Shown: piece by piece, positions 13,393 to 25,804 of the stretch
Layout: each line of letters begins with the position of its first letter
Position numbering within the stretch: the first letter of the stretch is position 1
DNA from: Scyliorhinus canicula
Lineage: Eukaryota
Assembly (NCBI RefSeq): GCF_902713615.1
Contig: NW_024056034.1
Span: 1 to 64,000, forward strand
Direction: 5' to 3'
Length of the DNA: 64,000 nt
Notes under the pieces: model-generated
Database searches by the model: none
Seen by the model: only the letters and a program-made list of their open reading frames with translations
What the model was told of the DNA's origin: nothing
Made by a program: the position numbers and the translations under genes

Positions 13393-14439
13393 GTTTTGGG
13401 TCTCCTCACGTCTCTCCAGGTTGGACAATCAGTTGAAGCCTCATCCACAACACGGGTACGGTCTCTCCTCACTCTGAATGTTATGTTTTTCAGGCTGTGT
13501 AACTGGTTAAAGCTCTTTCCACAGTCAGTTCACTGGAACTCTCTCACTCGGGTGTGTGTTGTGTGGGTCTCGGTGCTTTTCCAGTCACACTGATGGTTGA
13601 CATCTTTAGCTAACAGTTCGGGTAAACATTTCTCCTTCTAGATTGAAAGCCCGATGGTATTCAGGTTTCAAGGAAGGGAGTGGCTGTCAGATCGGGACGT
13701 AACATTTGAGATTTCTAGCTGTAATTCCTCCTTGTCTAATATCCTGGAAGAAACAATTTACAAAATTCATCACTGTCAGTACAGGATTGAAACTCAGAAC
13801 AGACAATGCTAGTTTCTATGTCACATTGTTTCCTCTCTCTTATTCCCTGAGAGCTGTAAATCTCCATCCCACACAATCTCCCTCCATTCTCACTCTGCTC
13901 TATCTAATATTCACCCTCCCAATTCTCCTGAAGGTGCTGATTCATGTTGATTAACAGATCCAAACTCACAGCTTCCTGTCCAGGAGATCATACCAAATAT
14001 GAGTTGCAGTCGGCCATTCGGCCCATTGAAGCTGAACCATTCAATGGGATCCTTAGCCGATCTACCTCAGCACCGTTTTCCCACACTATCCCCATATCCC
14101 TCGACATCTTCAATATCCAGAAACTTGTCAATCTGTGTCTTGAACATACTTGACGACTGAAGCTGCAGAATCCTCAGAGGTAGAGAATTCCAAAGCTTCA
14201 CCACATCCTCGAGTGAAGAAATCCCTCCCACCGGAATGGGATTAGCTTGTTTTCCGCAGGTTCTGGTGCCACTGACCTATGATCTGTCACTTATCCTGAT
14301 TGCCTGGCACTCATCTACCTAATCCTTGAATTAATATTTGTTATCATGTCCCTGGAAGACTTCAGGGTTCGGTCTGGAAGGATTATGCTGTAAAAAGTGA
14401 AGAAATGCGCTGATAAAACAGCACAGGTGGATTCAGCGG

Positions 14440-15260
14440 GAATGAAGCCGCCTTTTCAACAATGCGGCCTGACCCTCCAGGAGGTCTCACGATCCCGTGC
14501 TCTCTGGGGCTCTCTCAAGAGGTGGCAAAAATGATGACTGCCGACATTATCCGTGTTACTGACCAGAGACGGAGTGTGCTGACTCAATATCTGTGAGCTC
14601 ATGAGGCCCAGCTGCAAAACACCAGGAAGAGGCTCGATGATCCGGAGGAGAGAACCTGAACATTCAGCAAGATGCCTCCTCGACGGAGGCAACAATTCAA
14701 TCCTTTGAAAACCAGCCGCGTGCCTGGCGGAGGTCCTAGAGGATTTGGAGAACCGAGTGTCGGAGAAAGAACATCCGAGTTGACGGCCTGTCAGAAGGTG
14801 TGGATGGTAAGGCTCCCGTTAGTTCTTCGAGGCCCGGAAGCCACGTTTTCTCAAGCTGGATGTGAAGCCTGGGTGTTTCAAATTAGAAAGGATGTATCGT
14901 ATCCTGTCTCTGAGGCCGAGGGATAGTTTTCATCCCAGGCCTATAATCATTCACTTCCACAACTGGAAAGATCGCCAGAATGTCCTGGAGAGGGTACGGT
15001 GAGGTGGCGTCTGGCTCCAGAAGAGAGGGAGGATTTAGGACTTTCGGCAGCAACACAAACAAAGTGTCGAGGCTTCGATGAAGTTCAAAGGCAGCTCAAG
15101 CCTGTGGGTCGTAAATTACGTCAGGCTTTATCCTGAGACCCCAAAAATGGTCTCCAACAACTCCGTCAAGTCTTTCAATAATCCAACTATCGCCTTGGCC
15201 TTCATTAAATCCATGAAGGGCCAGGATCTGGAGGGATGGTTTGCAGCTCGGACTAACTCA
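14440..15260 (+). mobile_element. Decayed L1/Tx1-type LINE ORF1 remnant
   Basis: Translates locally to RPIIIHFHNWKDRQNVLE (~14936-14990), matching the L1 ORF1p RRM motif; many frameshifts. Confidence 0.55.
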
Positions 15261-15297
15261 GGTTCTAATCCGAACTCTTTCCCTGTCATGGTATACT

Positions 15298-15526
15298 ATT
15301 TTTTTTAATTTGGTGTACCCAATTCATTTTTTTTCCAATTAAGGGGCAATCTAGTGTGGCTAATCCACTTAGCCTGCACATTTTTGGGTTGTGGGGCCGA
15401 AACCCACGCAGACATAGGGAGAATGTGCAAACTCCACACGGACAGTGACCCTGAGCCGGGATCGAACCTGGGTCCTCGGCGCCATGAGGCTGCAAGTCTA
15501 ACCCCACTGCGCCACCGTGCTGCCCC
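15298..15526 (-). mobile_element. HE1-like SINE
   Basis: Near full-length reverse copy with an A/T-rich tail. Confidence 0.8.
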
Positions 15527-16057
15527 TATCATATTATTGTCTGTATTTCAGAATTACAGAAATACACATAGGGACAGGAGTAGGCCATTCAGCACCTCAA
15601 GTCTGTCCTGCCATTTAGTGAGATCATGGCTGATCTGTGATCTAACTCCATATCCATTAATATCTTTGCTTAACAAAACTCTACCTCAGATTTAAACTTA
15701 ACAACTGATGCAACTTCACCTGCTGTTTGTGGGAAAGAGTTTCAAATCTCTCCCACCCTGTGTGTGAAGAAGTTCTTCCGAACATCTCTCCTGAACGGTC
15801 AAGCCCTAATTTTTAGACAATGATCCCTACTATTGGAATCTCCAACCAGTGGAAATAGTTTATCTTTATCTACCCTGTCTTTCCGTGTTAATATCTTAAA
15901 TACTTCAATCAGATCACACCTTAACCTTCTAAATTCTACGGATCACGGGCCGAATTTATGGTTAAAACTTTGGGTAAGAGCCACTGCAATCTCTCCCTCA
16001 CCTCCCACAGCATCCTGGGACACAATTCATCCAGAATTAGTAATCTAATAATCTTCT

Positions 16058-16322
16058 GGGCAGCACGGTAGCATAGTGGTTAGCACTGTTGCTTCACAGC
16101 ATCAGGGACTTGGGTTCGATTCCCGGCTTTGGAGTCTGCACGTTCTCCCCATGTCAGCGTGGGTTTCCTCCAGGTGCTCCGATTTCCTCCAACAAGTCCG
16201 GAAAGATGAGCTTGTTAGATGAATTGGACATTTTGAATTCTTCCTCTGCGTACCTGAACAGGCGTGTGGAGGATTTTCACAGCAATTTCATTGCAGTGTT
16301 AATTTAAGCCTACTTGTGACAC
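16058..16322 (+). mobile_element. HE1-like SINE
   Basis: GGGCAGCACGGTAGCATAGTGGTTAGCACTG head and GGGTTCGATTCCC B-box. Confidence 0.8.
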
Positions 16323-16639
16323 TAATATTAAAGATTATTATGAATGGGCCAAAGGGCCTCTATCTGTGCTGTAAAGAGAGGGAATGAATGAGAAGGACTT
16401 TACAGAGAAACTGCCAAAGCCACAACATTCACCAGCTCTAAGGACACACCTTAGCTCCCTTTCCAATCTGAAAGCAGCCTGAGCTGGATTTACATTCCCC
16501 TTAATTCATCATTGCTGGGTGATAATCCTGTACTTCCTTACCTCACACCACTGTGACAGCACCTTCACTACACAGACTGCAGCAACTGACCAAATATCAC
16601 CTTCCCAGTTATTCCTGAAGGCACCGCCTTCCCAACCTG

Positions 16640-16860
16640 GCCCCTTGCCTGAGGTGTGGTGATCCTCAGGTCGCATCACCGCCGGTCAGCTCTCTCTCCC
16701 GGAACCAGGCCCTGCTTCACAACCGCCATCTTGATTCACCGGGGAAAAAGAGCGCATGCGCTGGCGTCTTGGTTATGCAACAGCTGGTGGGCGGGACCTG
16801 TAGGTTTCTCTTCCCATCCGGGTCCTAGTGCCCGGGGAATATTCCTGACAACAGGTTTTT
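16640..16860. promoter_or_regulatory. CpG-rich, probably bidirectional promoter (ZNF B on minus, ZNF C remnant on plus)
   Basis: YY1 motif CCGCCATCTT (~16722), NRF1 palindrome AGCGCATGCGCT (~16750), GC box GGGCGGGAC (~16790); sits between two divergently oriented ZNF last exons. Confidence 0.6.
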
Positions 16861-17369
16861 AAGATCTTTCACCCACTCCCAGGCTGCAGCTGATGTTTGT
16901 AGCCTGGAGGTGTCTATGGATCACGTAGACATTCAGTGTGAGAGGCTGCAGCCTCTATATAGCTACCTGAAGGGGGTTATACAACGGTTGATTACATTTC
17001 GTGGTCCTTTCCCGTCCATTATCAGGATGTTTGTGTGATATTTTCTGACCCTCAGCATGATATTTCTTTATTTAAAATACAGTTCAGCAGCAGGCTTACT
17101 GGTGATTTTTAAAGGAATAAAGGTTATTTATTATCACAATCTTTCCCTGGATGTTTAAGCATCTAAGTCTCTCGGTTCTTTCACTCACTGACATATACCG
17201 AAATTAGATACAGATCAAGTTGAAGCTGTGATGATGAAAATGGAATGTAGACTGCAATCTTTATATCGCTGCAGGTCTGATGTCTTCTTATTGAGCTGAT
17301 TCTTTCGTTGGAGTGAAGCGTTTTTAAAAACAAATAATTCTCATGAGTTTCTGAAGCTTCTTATAAGAC

Positions 17370-17800
17370 ATAAGACATAGGAGCAGAATTAGGCAATTTG
17401 GCCCATCGAGTCTGCTCCGCCATTCAATCATGGTTTATATTGTTTCATCCCCATTCCCCTGCCTTCTCCCCATAACCCGTGATCCCCTTATTAATAAAGA
17501 ACCTATCTATCTCTGTCTTAAAGACACTCAGTGAATTGGCCTCCACAGCCTTCTGCGGGAAAGTGTTCCACAGATTCACCACCCTCTGGCTGAAGAAATT
17601 CTTCCTCATCTGTTTCAAATGATCGTCCCTTTGGTATGAGATGGTGTCCTCTGGTTCTATTTTTTGCTGCAAGTGGAAACATCATCTCCATGTCCACTCT
17701 ATCCAGGCCTCGCAGTATCTTGTAAGTTTCAATAAGATCCCCTCTCACCCTTCTAAATCCCAACGAGTACAGACCCAAAGTCCTCAAACGTTCTTGTAGA
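17370..17800 (-). mobile_element. CR1-type LINE 3' end
   Basis: LGLYSLGFRRVRGDLIETYKILRGLDRVD and RKNFFSQRVVNLWN, the classic CR1 C-terminus. Confidence 0.8.
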
Positions 17801-18559
17801 TGAAAAGCCAGGAGGTTGGGTCTGAGGTGGGCTTGGAAGCTGGAATAAGTTCAGTCCTGTGGCTGCATTGGGAGACATTCAGCTCTGTTGGTCCAGCTGG
17901 TTCCTGGTGCTTCAGATGCTTCTCACACACACATTTGCTTTGTGCAGGGTTTATTATACTACATCTCTGACAATTAACTACAGGGTTAAAACTCTGAGAT
18001 CCAGAACACCCCGATGCAATAGCAGTTTACGATGCTTACTCATGCTTATCTTTGTATCAATTCAAGTTCATTCTCCTCAAATGCTGGTTCATCCTGACAC
18101 AACGAAACACTTAAACTTCACAGGTGGCTGCAAAGTTTCCTTATTCAGGTCCGTGTTTAACTAAATATTTGTCACAGTAACTTCATTTCAGTGTTAATAT
18201 AAGCCTACTTGTGACAGTAAAGATTATGGTTATTAAGGAGTTGTGTTAGTGGTTACTCGGGAGGCTGACTTCTGTTCCGTGGTCTTTTCTCTTCACAGTT
18301 GCCTTGCAGAGGCAGCATGTGGTATCCACCGGAATGCTTGACACCTTCCACACCCAGTGGATACCTCAGCGGACAGAGTGTTTCAGAGACACTGGGAACA
18401 ATATTCTGGTTCAGTTAGGAAGGTTCGCTGCACTTTTGTTGGGACTTCTAGCTGATTTTGGTCTTTTATTTTGACTGAACCACATGCTTGGGGAAAGCAA
18501 GAGGGGAAAGAAGGTTCGATAGAAACTAGAATGATCTGTTGTGAATTTCTACCACATTC

Positions 18560-18830
18560 TTACAGTGATCATTTTTGTAAACTTCTATTTCAGGCATTAG
18601 AACGGGAGGATAGGCAGCTGGGCAACTGGAACCAAATACAACATCAAGATCTGGCAGTCACTCAATTCATTAGGATCTAAATATCACAAACTGTCAATGT
18701 GCTTGTCTGTTCTGACTGTGGGAAGGGATTTCAAACATCAGTGTGACTGGAAAAGCCCCGAGATCCACAGTGTTCCAGTGAACTGACTGTGGAAAGAGCT
18801 TTAACCAGTTACACAGGCTGAAAAATCATC
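18560..18830 (+). pseudogene. Truncated third ZNF paralogue (acceptor and 5' UTR of the last exon only)
   Basis: Acceptor ACAGTGATCATTTTTGTAAACTTCTATTTCAG|GCATTAG matches the ZNF B acceptor; 18737-18830 is nearly identical to ZNF B 5' UTR (reverse of ~13490-13595); ends before any ATG or finger at a CR1 fragment. Confidence 0.7.
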
Positions 18831-19656
18831 TTGTTTCCTCTTGTGGGAGAGTCTAGGACCAGAGGGCATAATCTAAGAGTAAGGGATCTCAGATTTAGGA
18901 TAGCGATGAGGAGACATTCTTCCATCAGAGGGTAGTGAATCTGTGGAATTCTTCAGCTGTGAAATCATTCTGCCTCTGTTGTTTACCTAAATAGGCAGAG
19001 ATGAAGTTGGCTTTACCCGGATGGGCCGCTTGGTGGCGCAGTGGCTCTTTCACTGAGGGACCGTGAGTTCAGACACATCCCAGACAGGCCTGGTGAGAAA
19101 TATCTGTCTGGGAAAGGGGAGAAAACTGTATAATCGGGGAAAAGGATCAGTTCCGATGGACCTTAGAGAAAGGAGTTCAGATTAGTCTTATTTTCTTCAT
19201 TTTTCATTCAATGTTTATTAAAATTTCAGCGATAATATTACACAAAAGTTTATTTTGTTTACAAAACGGAACATAACGATTGAGGGTCACACTGAGAACA
19301 GGACACATGCCCTCTGAGCTGCCAAATGTATGTACAACTGTAACAGACACAAGAGAGAACAGGAGCTCAACATGAAGGGAAGGCAGCAGTTGTAAATAAG
19401 GTACGAGACAAGTTACTTATTTCGACATGACATTGAAAGAAATTACTAGCTACAAATACATTACAGCCAAAATTATCTCGTACATTTTAAACTGAAAAGC
19501 AGAAATACTGTCCATGATTGTCTCAGTTACAGATGCAGAATAATAAACTGAGAGAATTTTACTGTTAGAGACACCAAGAGGAGATATTGTATTTCTGTCA
19601 CACACAGATCATAATAAACAGCTGGGGAAAATCTACAGCGTCCGAACGTCAACCCA

Positions 19657-19665
19657 TCACTTGAT
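19657..19665 (-). CDS. IGHM: IgM membrane exon TM2 (ATC AAG TGA = IK*)
   Basis: Strong acceptor TTTTCTCTCTCTTTTACAG; phase 0 joins TM1; completes a K-I-K cytoplasmic tail; AATAAA-type signals at ~19214 and ~19249 (minus). Confidence 0.8.
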   Translation of the reverse strand: MK

Positions 19666-19803
19666 CTGTAAAAGAGAGAGAAAATGATGAAGCAGATGTT
19701 TATGATCTGGGACATTGATGTTAGAGTTTTTAATCAATCAAACATTTAGTGTTTTTAAACGCCTTCTGTCAGTTTGAAGTGTGAGTGGATTGGATCTTCT
19801 CAC

Positions 19804-19931
19804 CTTCACCAGAGTGACTGCAGCGCTGTAGGAAATGCTCAGGAAGAACAGGGTGATGAATGTGGAAGCGGTTGTCCAGATGTTCCCGTTATCATCCTCA
19901 TAGCCTTCAGTCCAGGTGTGGTCTGTGGTAT
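19804..19931 (-). CDS. IGHM: IgM membrane exon TM1
   Basis: (D)TTDHTWTEGYEDDNGNIWTTASTFITLFFLSISYSAAVTLVK with the antigen-receptor CART motif; acceptor CCCCGTAG and donor AAG|GTGAGA; 128 nt fits a phase-1 join from Cmu4. Confidence 0.9.
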
Positions 19932-20097
19932 CTACGGGGATAGAGCCCAATAAATACAATCAGATTGTTTGTTAATACACATTTTGTTTTTAATATTCTC
20001 GTTTCATTTTCTCCCGCTGCTAATTCATTCTTTAATATATTTGTCATTGCATATCTACTGTTGAGTTCATGACACTCGGAAATCGATCTCTGTAACT

Positions 20098-20266
20098 TTT
20101 TTCTTCCAATTAAGGGGCAAGTTAGCCTGGCCAATCCACCTACCCTGCACATCATTGGGTTGTCGGGGTGAGACCCACGGGTCACGGAGAAACTCCACAG
20201 GGACACAGACCCAGGAACGGGATCGTGAGGCAGCAGTGCTAACCATTGCGTCACCGTGCCGCCCTT
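20098..20266 (-). mobile_element. HE1-like SINE
   Basis: Reverse copy of the shared head and core. Confidence 0.7.
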
Positions 20267-20664
20267 GCCTGACGTCTGTGTTTGTTCTTTCGCTTTTGTG
20301 TCTGTGTAGATGCGAAATTCGTGTTTCTTTACTCTTCATTTGTGTGTCCCGATGTCTTTATAAGTGTCATTGTGTGTGTTCGTGTGTCAATGAGTATTGA
20401 TCTGTGTATTTGTGTGTCAGAGCCTGTATGTAAATTTATCTTAAGTCAATGTGTATTTATGAGTGTTTTATTGTGTGCGTTTGTGTGTTGAAATCTATGT
20501 TTATATATTAATGCCTGTGTTAAAATAAGTTTATACTTCCCTGCCCAGTAATAAAAGTGTTAATGTGTCTTTATACGTTCAACATGCATGTCAGTGTCTT
20601 AATGTTTGTGTCTGGATAAGTACGTTTGTGTGTGTGTGTGTTTGTTGATACGTGTATTTCATCA

Positions 20665-20990
20665 TAGAATCATCATCGGATCATCCCGACTGTGCCGAAC
20701 GAGGCTATTCGGCCCATTGAGTCTGCACCGACCCTCGGAAAGAGCACTCTGCCTGGACGCATGCCCCTGCCCTGTCCCCAGAACATCGTATCCCCACCTA
20801 ACGTTGTGGGCACTAAGGGGTAATATAGCCTGGCCAATCCACCGAACCTGCACATCTTTGGACTGTGGGAGGTAACCGGAGCCCCCGGAAGAAACAGGAA
20901 CAGACACTGGAGAACGTGGAAACTCCACACAGACAATCACTCAAGCCTGGAATTGAACCCGGGTTTATGGCGCTGTGAGGCAGCGGTGCT
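20665..20990 (-). mobile_element. HE1-like SINE with LINE-derived tail
   Basis: Shared core plus an ATAGAATCATC-type tail. Confidence 0.7.
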
Positions 20991-20999
20991 ATTTATGCG

Positions 21000-21600
21000 T
21001 TGATGGCTGTTTATAACTATCTATTGATGTGTATTGATGATTCTATGTGTATTCATATGTGTTCGTGTTAGCGTGTGTACGAGTCTGCTAATATGTGTCT
21101 ACGTGTGTCCATAAGTGTGTTACTGTGGATTATTGTCTCTGAATGGAAATATTTCTGTCATCGTGAAATTCTGCTAATCTACATGTTATTGGTTACATTT
21201 GTGTTTAATATTCTTCTGACAGTCTGCTTGTCTGGTTTTATATGTTTGTGTATCTGTGTGGACATGTGTCTGTTTGTGTACATTTGTGTAGCCGCTTGTG
21301 TGTGTGGGTTAGTGTGTGTATGTGTGGATGTGGACGTGTGCCTGTCTCTGTATAAATGTGGGCGTGTTTGTGTTTATGTGCATGTTTGTGAATTTTTGCG
21401 CACGTTTGCGTGTGTTTTGTGTCACAATATGTGTGGTTCGTTGTGCCTGGGTGTATGTTTATGCATGTGTTTCTATGTGTGTGTCCATGTGTGTGTTTGT
21501 GTCTACGTGTGAGCGTGTGTGTGTTTGTGGGTCTGTGTGCATGTATGTGTAGTGTCTGTCTTTATCTGTCTGTGTATTTGTATCAGCTGCCTGTAGCTTT
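21000..21600. repeat. Degenerate (GT)n low-complexity tract
   Basis: TG-rich; gives spurious Cys/Val ORFs. Confidence 0.85.
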
Positions 21601-22139
21601 GCTAGTTGTGGGTATTATTGGTACCGATGTAGAATATGTTGAACTTTCTGCTTATAAATGTGTTTTCTGTGAGTTGCAAGCTGACATCAGGTGACCTAAT
21701 GCAAAAATACCAGGAGGTGCCTCAGGAGAGAACAGTGAAAACCCAGGGAGAATTCAATCACCATCTGGATTTGGATTCTGGGGAATCGGTCTCAGCAAAC
21801 GGATAAGAGGAACGAGGGTGCTAAAAAATTCTGTTGCATAAATAGATACTTTAAGAACATCTTTATCAAGATGGTCATTTAAAGCCTTCAGCCAGTAAGC
21901 TACATGCCGCCTTGTAATGTCAGTAACTGAGTTCTTAGACTAGAGAACTGTTTACTTCCAAACTCCCTGCTTGGAGACCGGGAAGTTATTGAGTTAATAA
22001 TCTCCCTCTCTCTGGTCAGCTCAGCAAAGTGCCTTTGGATTCTCCCTGTTGGAGGTGGAGATACAGAGAGTTCACTCATAACCTTCCTCCTCTTTTGGTC
22101 GGGAACGTGGAGGGAAAATGGGTTATTATTGCCCTTTGC

Positions 22140-23235
22140 TCTCTTTGTTGGGGAAGTGTGGGTACAGTGGATTAAATAATGCCGCTCCACTCATTGTTGG
22201 AAGAGGGTGCACAGTGGATTAACTAATCCCCTCTCCCTCTCACTGTTGGAAGTGGGTGTACAGTGGATTAACTCAGGCCCCCACCGTCTCTTTGTTGGGG
22301 ACGTGAGGGTACAGTGTGTTAACTAATGCTCCTCCCCCTCTCTTTGCTGTGTTAACTAATGCACCTCCCCCTCCCTTTGCTGGGGAAATTGAGGTACAGT
22401 GTGTTAACTAATGCCCCTACCCCTCTCTTTGCCTGGGTAGTGGGGGTACACTGTGTTAACTAATGCCCCTACCCCTCTCTTTGCTTGGGTAGTGGGGGTA
22501 CACTGTGTTAACTAATGTCCCTACCCCTCTCTTTGCCTGGGAAGTGGGGGTACAGTGCATTAAGTAATGCCCCTCTTCCTCTCTTTGCTGTGGAATTGGG
22601 TTACAGTGGATTAACTAATGCCCCTCCCTATCTTTGTTGTGGAAGTGGGGGTACAGTGGATTAACTAATACCCCTCCCCCTCCCTCTGGTGAGGAAGAGG
22701 GGGTACAGTGGATTAACTAATGCCCCTCCCCCTCTTTGTTGGGGAAGTGGGGGTACAGTGGATTAACTAATGCCCCTCCCCAACTCTGTTGGTGAGGTGG
22801 GTTACAGTGGATTAACTAAAGCCCCTCCCCCTCTCTCTGTTGGGAAAGTGCGGGTACAGTGGATTAACTAAAGCCCCTCCCCCTCTGCCTGTTGGGGAAG
22901 TTGGGGTACAGTGGATTAACTAATGCCCCTCCCCCTCTCTGTTGGGGAAGTGGGGGTACAGTGGATTAACTAATGCCCCTCTCCCTCTCTCTGTTGGGGA
23001 AGTTGGGGTACAGTGGATTAACTAATGCCCCTCCCCCTCTCTGTTGGGGAAGTGGGGGTACAGTGGATTAACTAATGCCCCTCCCCCTCTCTCTATTGGG
23101 GAAGTTGGGGTACAGTGGATTAACTAATGCCCCTCCCCCTCTCTGTTGGGGAAGTGGAGGTGACGTGGATTAACTAATCCCCCTCCCGCTCTCTCTGTTG
23201 GTGAAGTAGGGTACAGTGGATTAACAATTTCACTT
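22140..23235. repeat. ~50-52-bp minisatellite, ~21 copies, in the Cmu4-TM1 intron
   Basis: Unit TACAGTGGATTAACTAATGCCCCTCCCCCTCTCTGTTGGGGAAGTGGGGG; clean 50-nt periodicity at 22921-22980. Confidence 0.9.
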
Positions 23236-23654
23236 TGCCCTCTCTTTGACTGGGGATTGTTGGTCCATGTTTCTGTGTGACCCGTAATTCAGTTTCCAGT
23301 GGGTGTGATACAGCAACTTAAAGCTGACATTAATTTTAAAGGGATGGACAATGAGAAAAGCAGGAACACCGAGATCTGAATGTGATGGGTTTGTTTGTCT
23401 GAAATGGGAAATTGTCCGATTTCTCCTCAGCGGGAGGAAAGTCAATGAAGATATTTTGCTGAATCCAGGAATGAATGAGATTTACTCTGTCTCTAACCCA
23501 GGGTGCATCTGAGCGGAGAGCTCTGGTTGTATCAGACTTGGGGCCGAGACCTGTAGAAATCCGGGTCTCATTGAACAGATCTAATATCAGCAAAGTGGAA
23601 GCTCCATTAATTAAGCGGCTGTGTATTTAAATCACAATTGGAGGAAATAAAACC

Positions 23655-23669
23655 TTTATTATTTTTATT
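23655..23669 (-). promoter_or_regulatory. Secretory-form polyadenylation signals
   Basis: Two AATAAA on the minus strand (plus TTTATT at 23655-23660 and 23664-23669), 30-40 nt after the secretory stop. Confidence 0.75.
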
Positions 23670-23696
23670 TTAGTTCAAAATATAACCAATAGATTC

Positions 23697-24088
23697 TCAT
23701 TGACATGAATTAACGGTGTCCATCAGAGCGAGGGAAATGTTCACAAAACTGGGTTTACCGCTGGATTTATCAACCGTTCTGTTGATGATCTTCAAGGGGA
23801 TGGCTTCATGTCCCACCACACAGGAGTAAGAAGCGCCGCTGGCCCACTCCTCCGCTGCAATGGATAACAGGCTGTACATGAAGAAGGAGCTATTGCCGTT
23901 CTCCGCCATCACCTCGGTGTTCTTGTAGTTGCCGGGATTCACCGGCTTGTCATTGACGGTCCACTTGACGAAGATCTCTCGGGGGGAGAAACCTCTCACT
24001 AAGCAGCTGAGGGAGACGAATCTCTGAGCGGAGACGTCTTCAGCCGAGGGCAGGAGGACAGAGACGGACGGTTCCCGCGGATTGGGAT
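23697..24088 (-). CDS. IGHM: IgM Cmu4 exon plus secretory tailpiece
   Basis: (D)[42 protein letters not shown]...[43 protein letters not shown]; both Ig cysteines, the Trp and the penultimate Cys are present; internal TM donor AGCG|GTAAAC at 23759/23758. Confidence 0.95.
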
Positions 24089-24399
24089 CTGCAGAAAATG
24101 TACAATAAATGTCAATAAAATGGGGAATTCCGGAGACAATGGAACCGCGGGTTAGATGTGAGAGAAATGTGTTTTGTGTTGGATTTTAAAGGTTTCCATT
24201 TTCCACTTTGGGATCTGTCCGGGTTCCCAGCTCGGAGCAGAGGTGGACACAATCCTTTTCCCTGAGAATTTACGGATATTGGATTTGAAAGTTTCAGAAA
24301 GTGTACAGCAGGGAAACAGGCCATTCGGCCCAACTGTTCTGTGCTGGTGTATAAACTCCACACCAGGCTCCTCCCACCTTACCCCAAGAGGATTAGAAA

Positions 24400-25545
24400 A
24401 CTGCCAATGTAACACCCTTATTCAAAAGTGAGGGAGTCAAAAACAGGTAACTATAGGCCAGTGACCTTAGTAGCTGAGCATTTAAGCATACAGAGTATAA
24501 TCAAACAGGGACTGCACGGCTTCGTGAAGGGTAATTCATTCCTGACAAATTTATTGCAATTCTTTGAGATGATAACGAGAAGACTAGAGAGGGGGGGGGG
24601 GGGGGGGGGCAATATTTGTAATATACATGAATTTCAAAACTGTTTAATGAATGAGTGTACTATGCCTATGGCTGCAGTTACAAAAATAGAAAGGCAATTG
24701 GTGAGGATTACAGAAAATCCACAGAGGGACAGAGACAGCTTAAGTTACTGAGTAAAAACTTGGCAGATAGAATATGAAGTACGAAAATGTGAGGTTAGAC
24801 ACTTTGGGAGGAGGAGGAACATAACGGAATATTATTTAGATGGAGAAAGACTGAAGAAAGCTGAAGTAACGGGGGAATTGGGGGTCCTCGCGCAGAAACC
24901 ACAAAAAGCAAGTTCTGCAGGTACTATGGAGACAAATTGGATATTGACATTTATTTCAAAGGGAATAGAATATAAACATGGGGAAGTTATGCTCAAACTG
25001 CACAAGGCACCAATTAACTACGACCTGATATACTTTGAATAGTTTTGGTGCCCGTATCTAAGGAAGACAGATTGGTTTTGAAGCCAGTCCAGAGAAGGAT
25101 CACGAGGTTCAACCCGACTATGGAGGGATTTTCTTTTGGGGAGAGATTAAGTAGGATGGGCTGTACTTATTGAAGTTTAGAGGAATAAAGGCGACCTAAT
25201 TGAGACATGAAAGATTCTCAGGGAGCTTCTTAGGATAGACCCTGATGGTTTTTTTCCCCCCTGTGGGAGCGTCTAGCAGCAGCGTGCATGGTCGCAAAGT
25301 GAGGGTTCGCCCATTTCAGACAGAGATGAGAAGGAATTTCCTCTCTCAGAGGGTAGTGAAGCTGTGGAATTATTTATCGCAGGGGGCTGTATATTCTGGG
25401 TCGGTCAGTATGTTCAAGGTTGAGGGAGACATATTTTAAATCAGGAAAGGCGTCAAGGGATATGAGGATAAGGTGGGAAAGAGGAGTTGAAGATTATCAC
25501 AGCAGATCAGTCATGACCTCACTGAAGGCTGGACCGGTGTTGATG
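24400..25545 (+). mobile_element. CR1-type LINE RT/3' fragment
   Basis: NYRPVTL...QGLHGFVKGNSFLTNLLQFFE and RRNFLSQRVVKLWN motifs; decayed. Confidence 0.75.
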
Positions 25546-25804
25546 GGCCCAATGGCCTCCATCTGCTCCTAAGTCTTGTGGTCTATGGTCTCGCTCCATC
25601 TAAACCCAAAATCACTGTTTTCAATTAATTCTTCATTCATCTGCATATCAATTTCCCCTTAAACTCTAAACGCCCAGAGTATTTAGTTAGTGGAATTGCC
25701 AATCAGAATGGACCATAAATACACTGAATGCTAAATACTGACCGCTGCACTGACACTAGAAATAGACACAATGACTCACTTATTGCTTCAGTTTCACCGC
25801 TCAC

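Noticed and set aside
12608-13472. Long alternative-frame ORFs overlapping ZNF B (and ZNF A)
   Set aside because: Shadow frames of repetitive finger codons with no independent motifs.
15700-15730. AG|GTGAAG on the minus strand as an alternative TM2
   Set aside because: No immediate stop, lies in a repeat 4 kb away; the site at 19657-19665 has a far better acceptor and stop.
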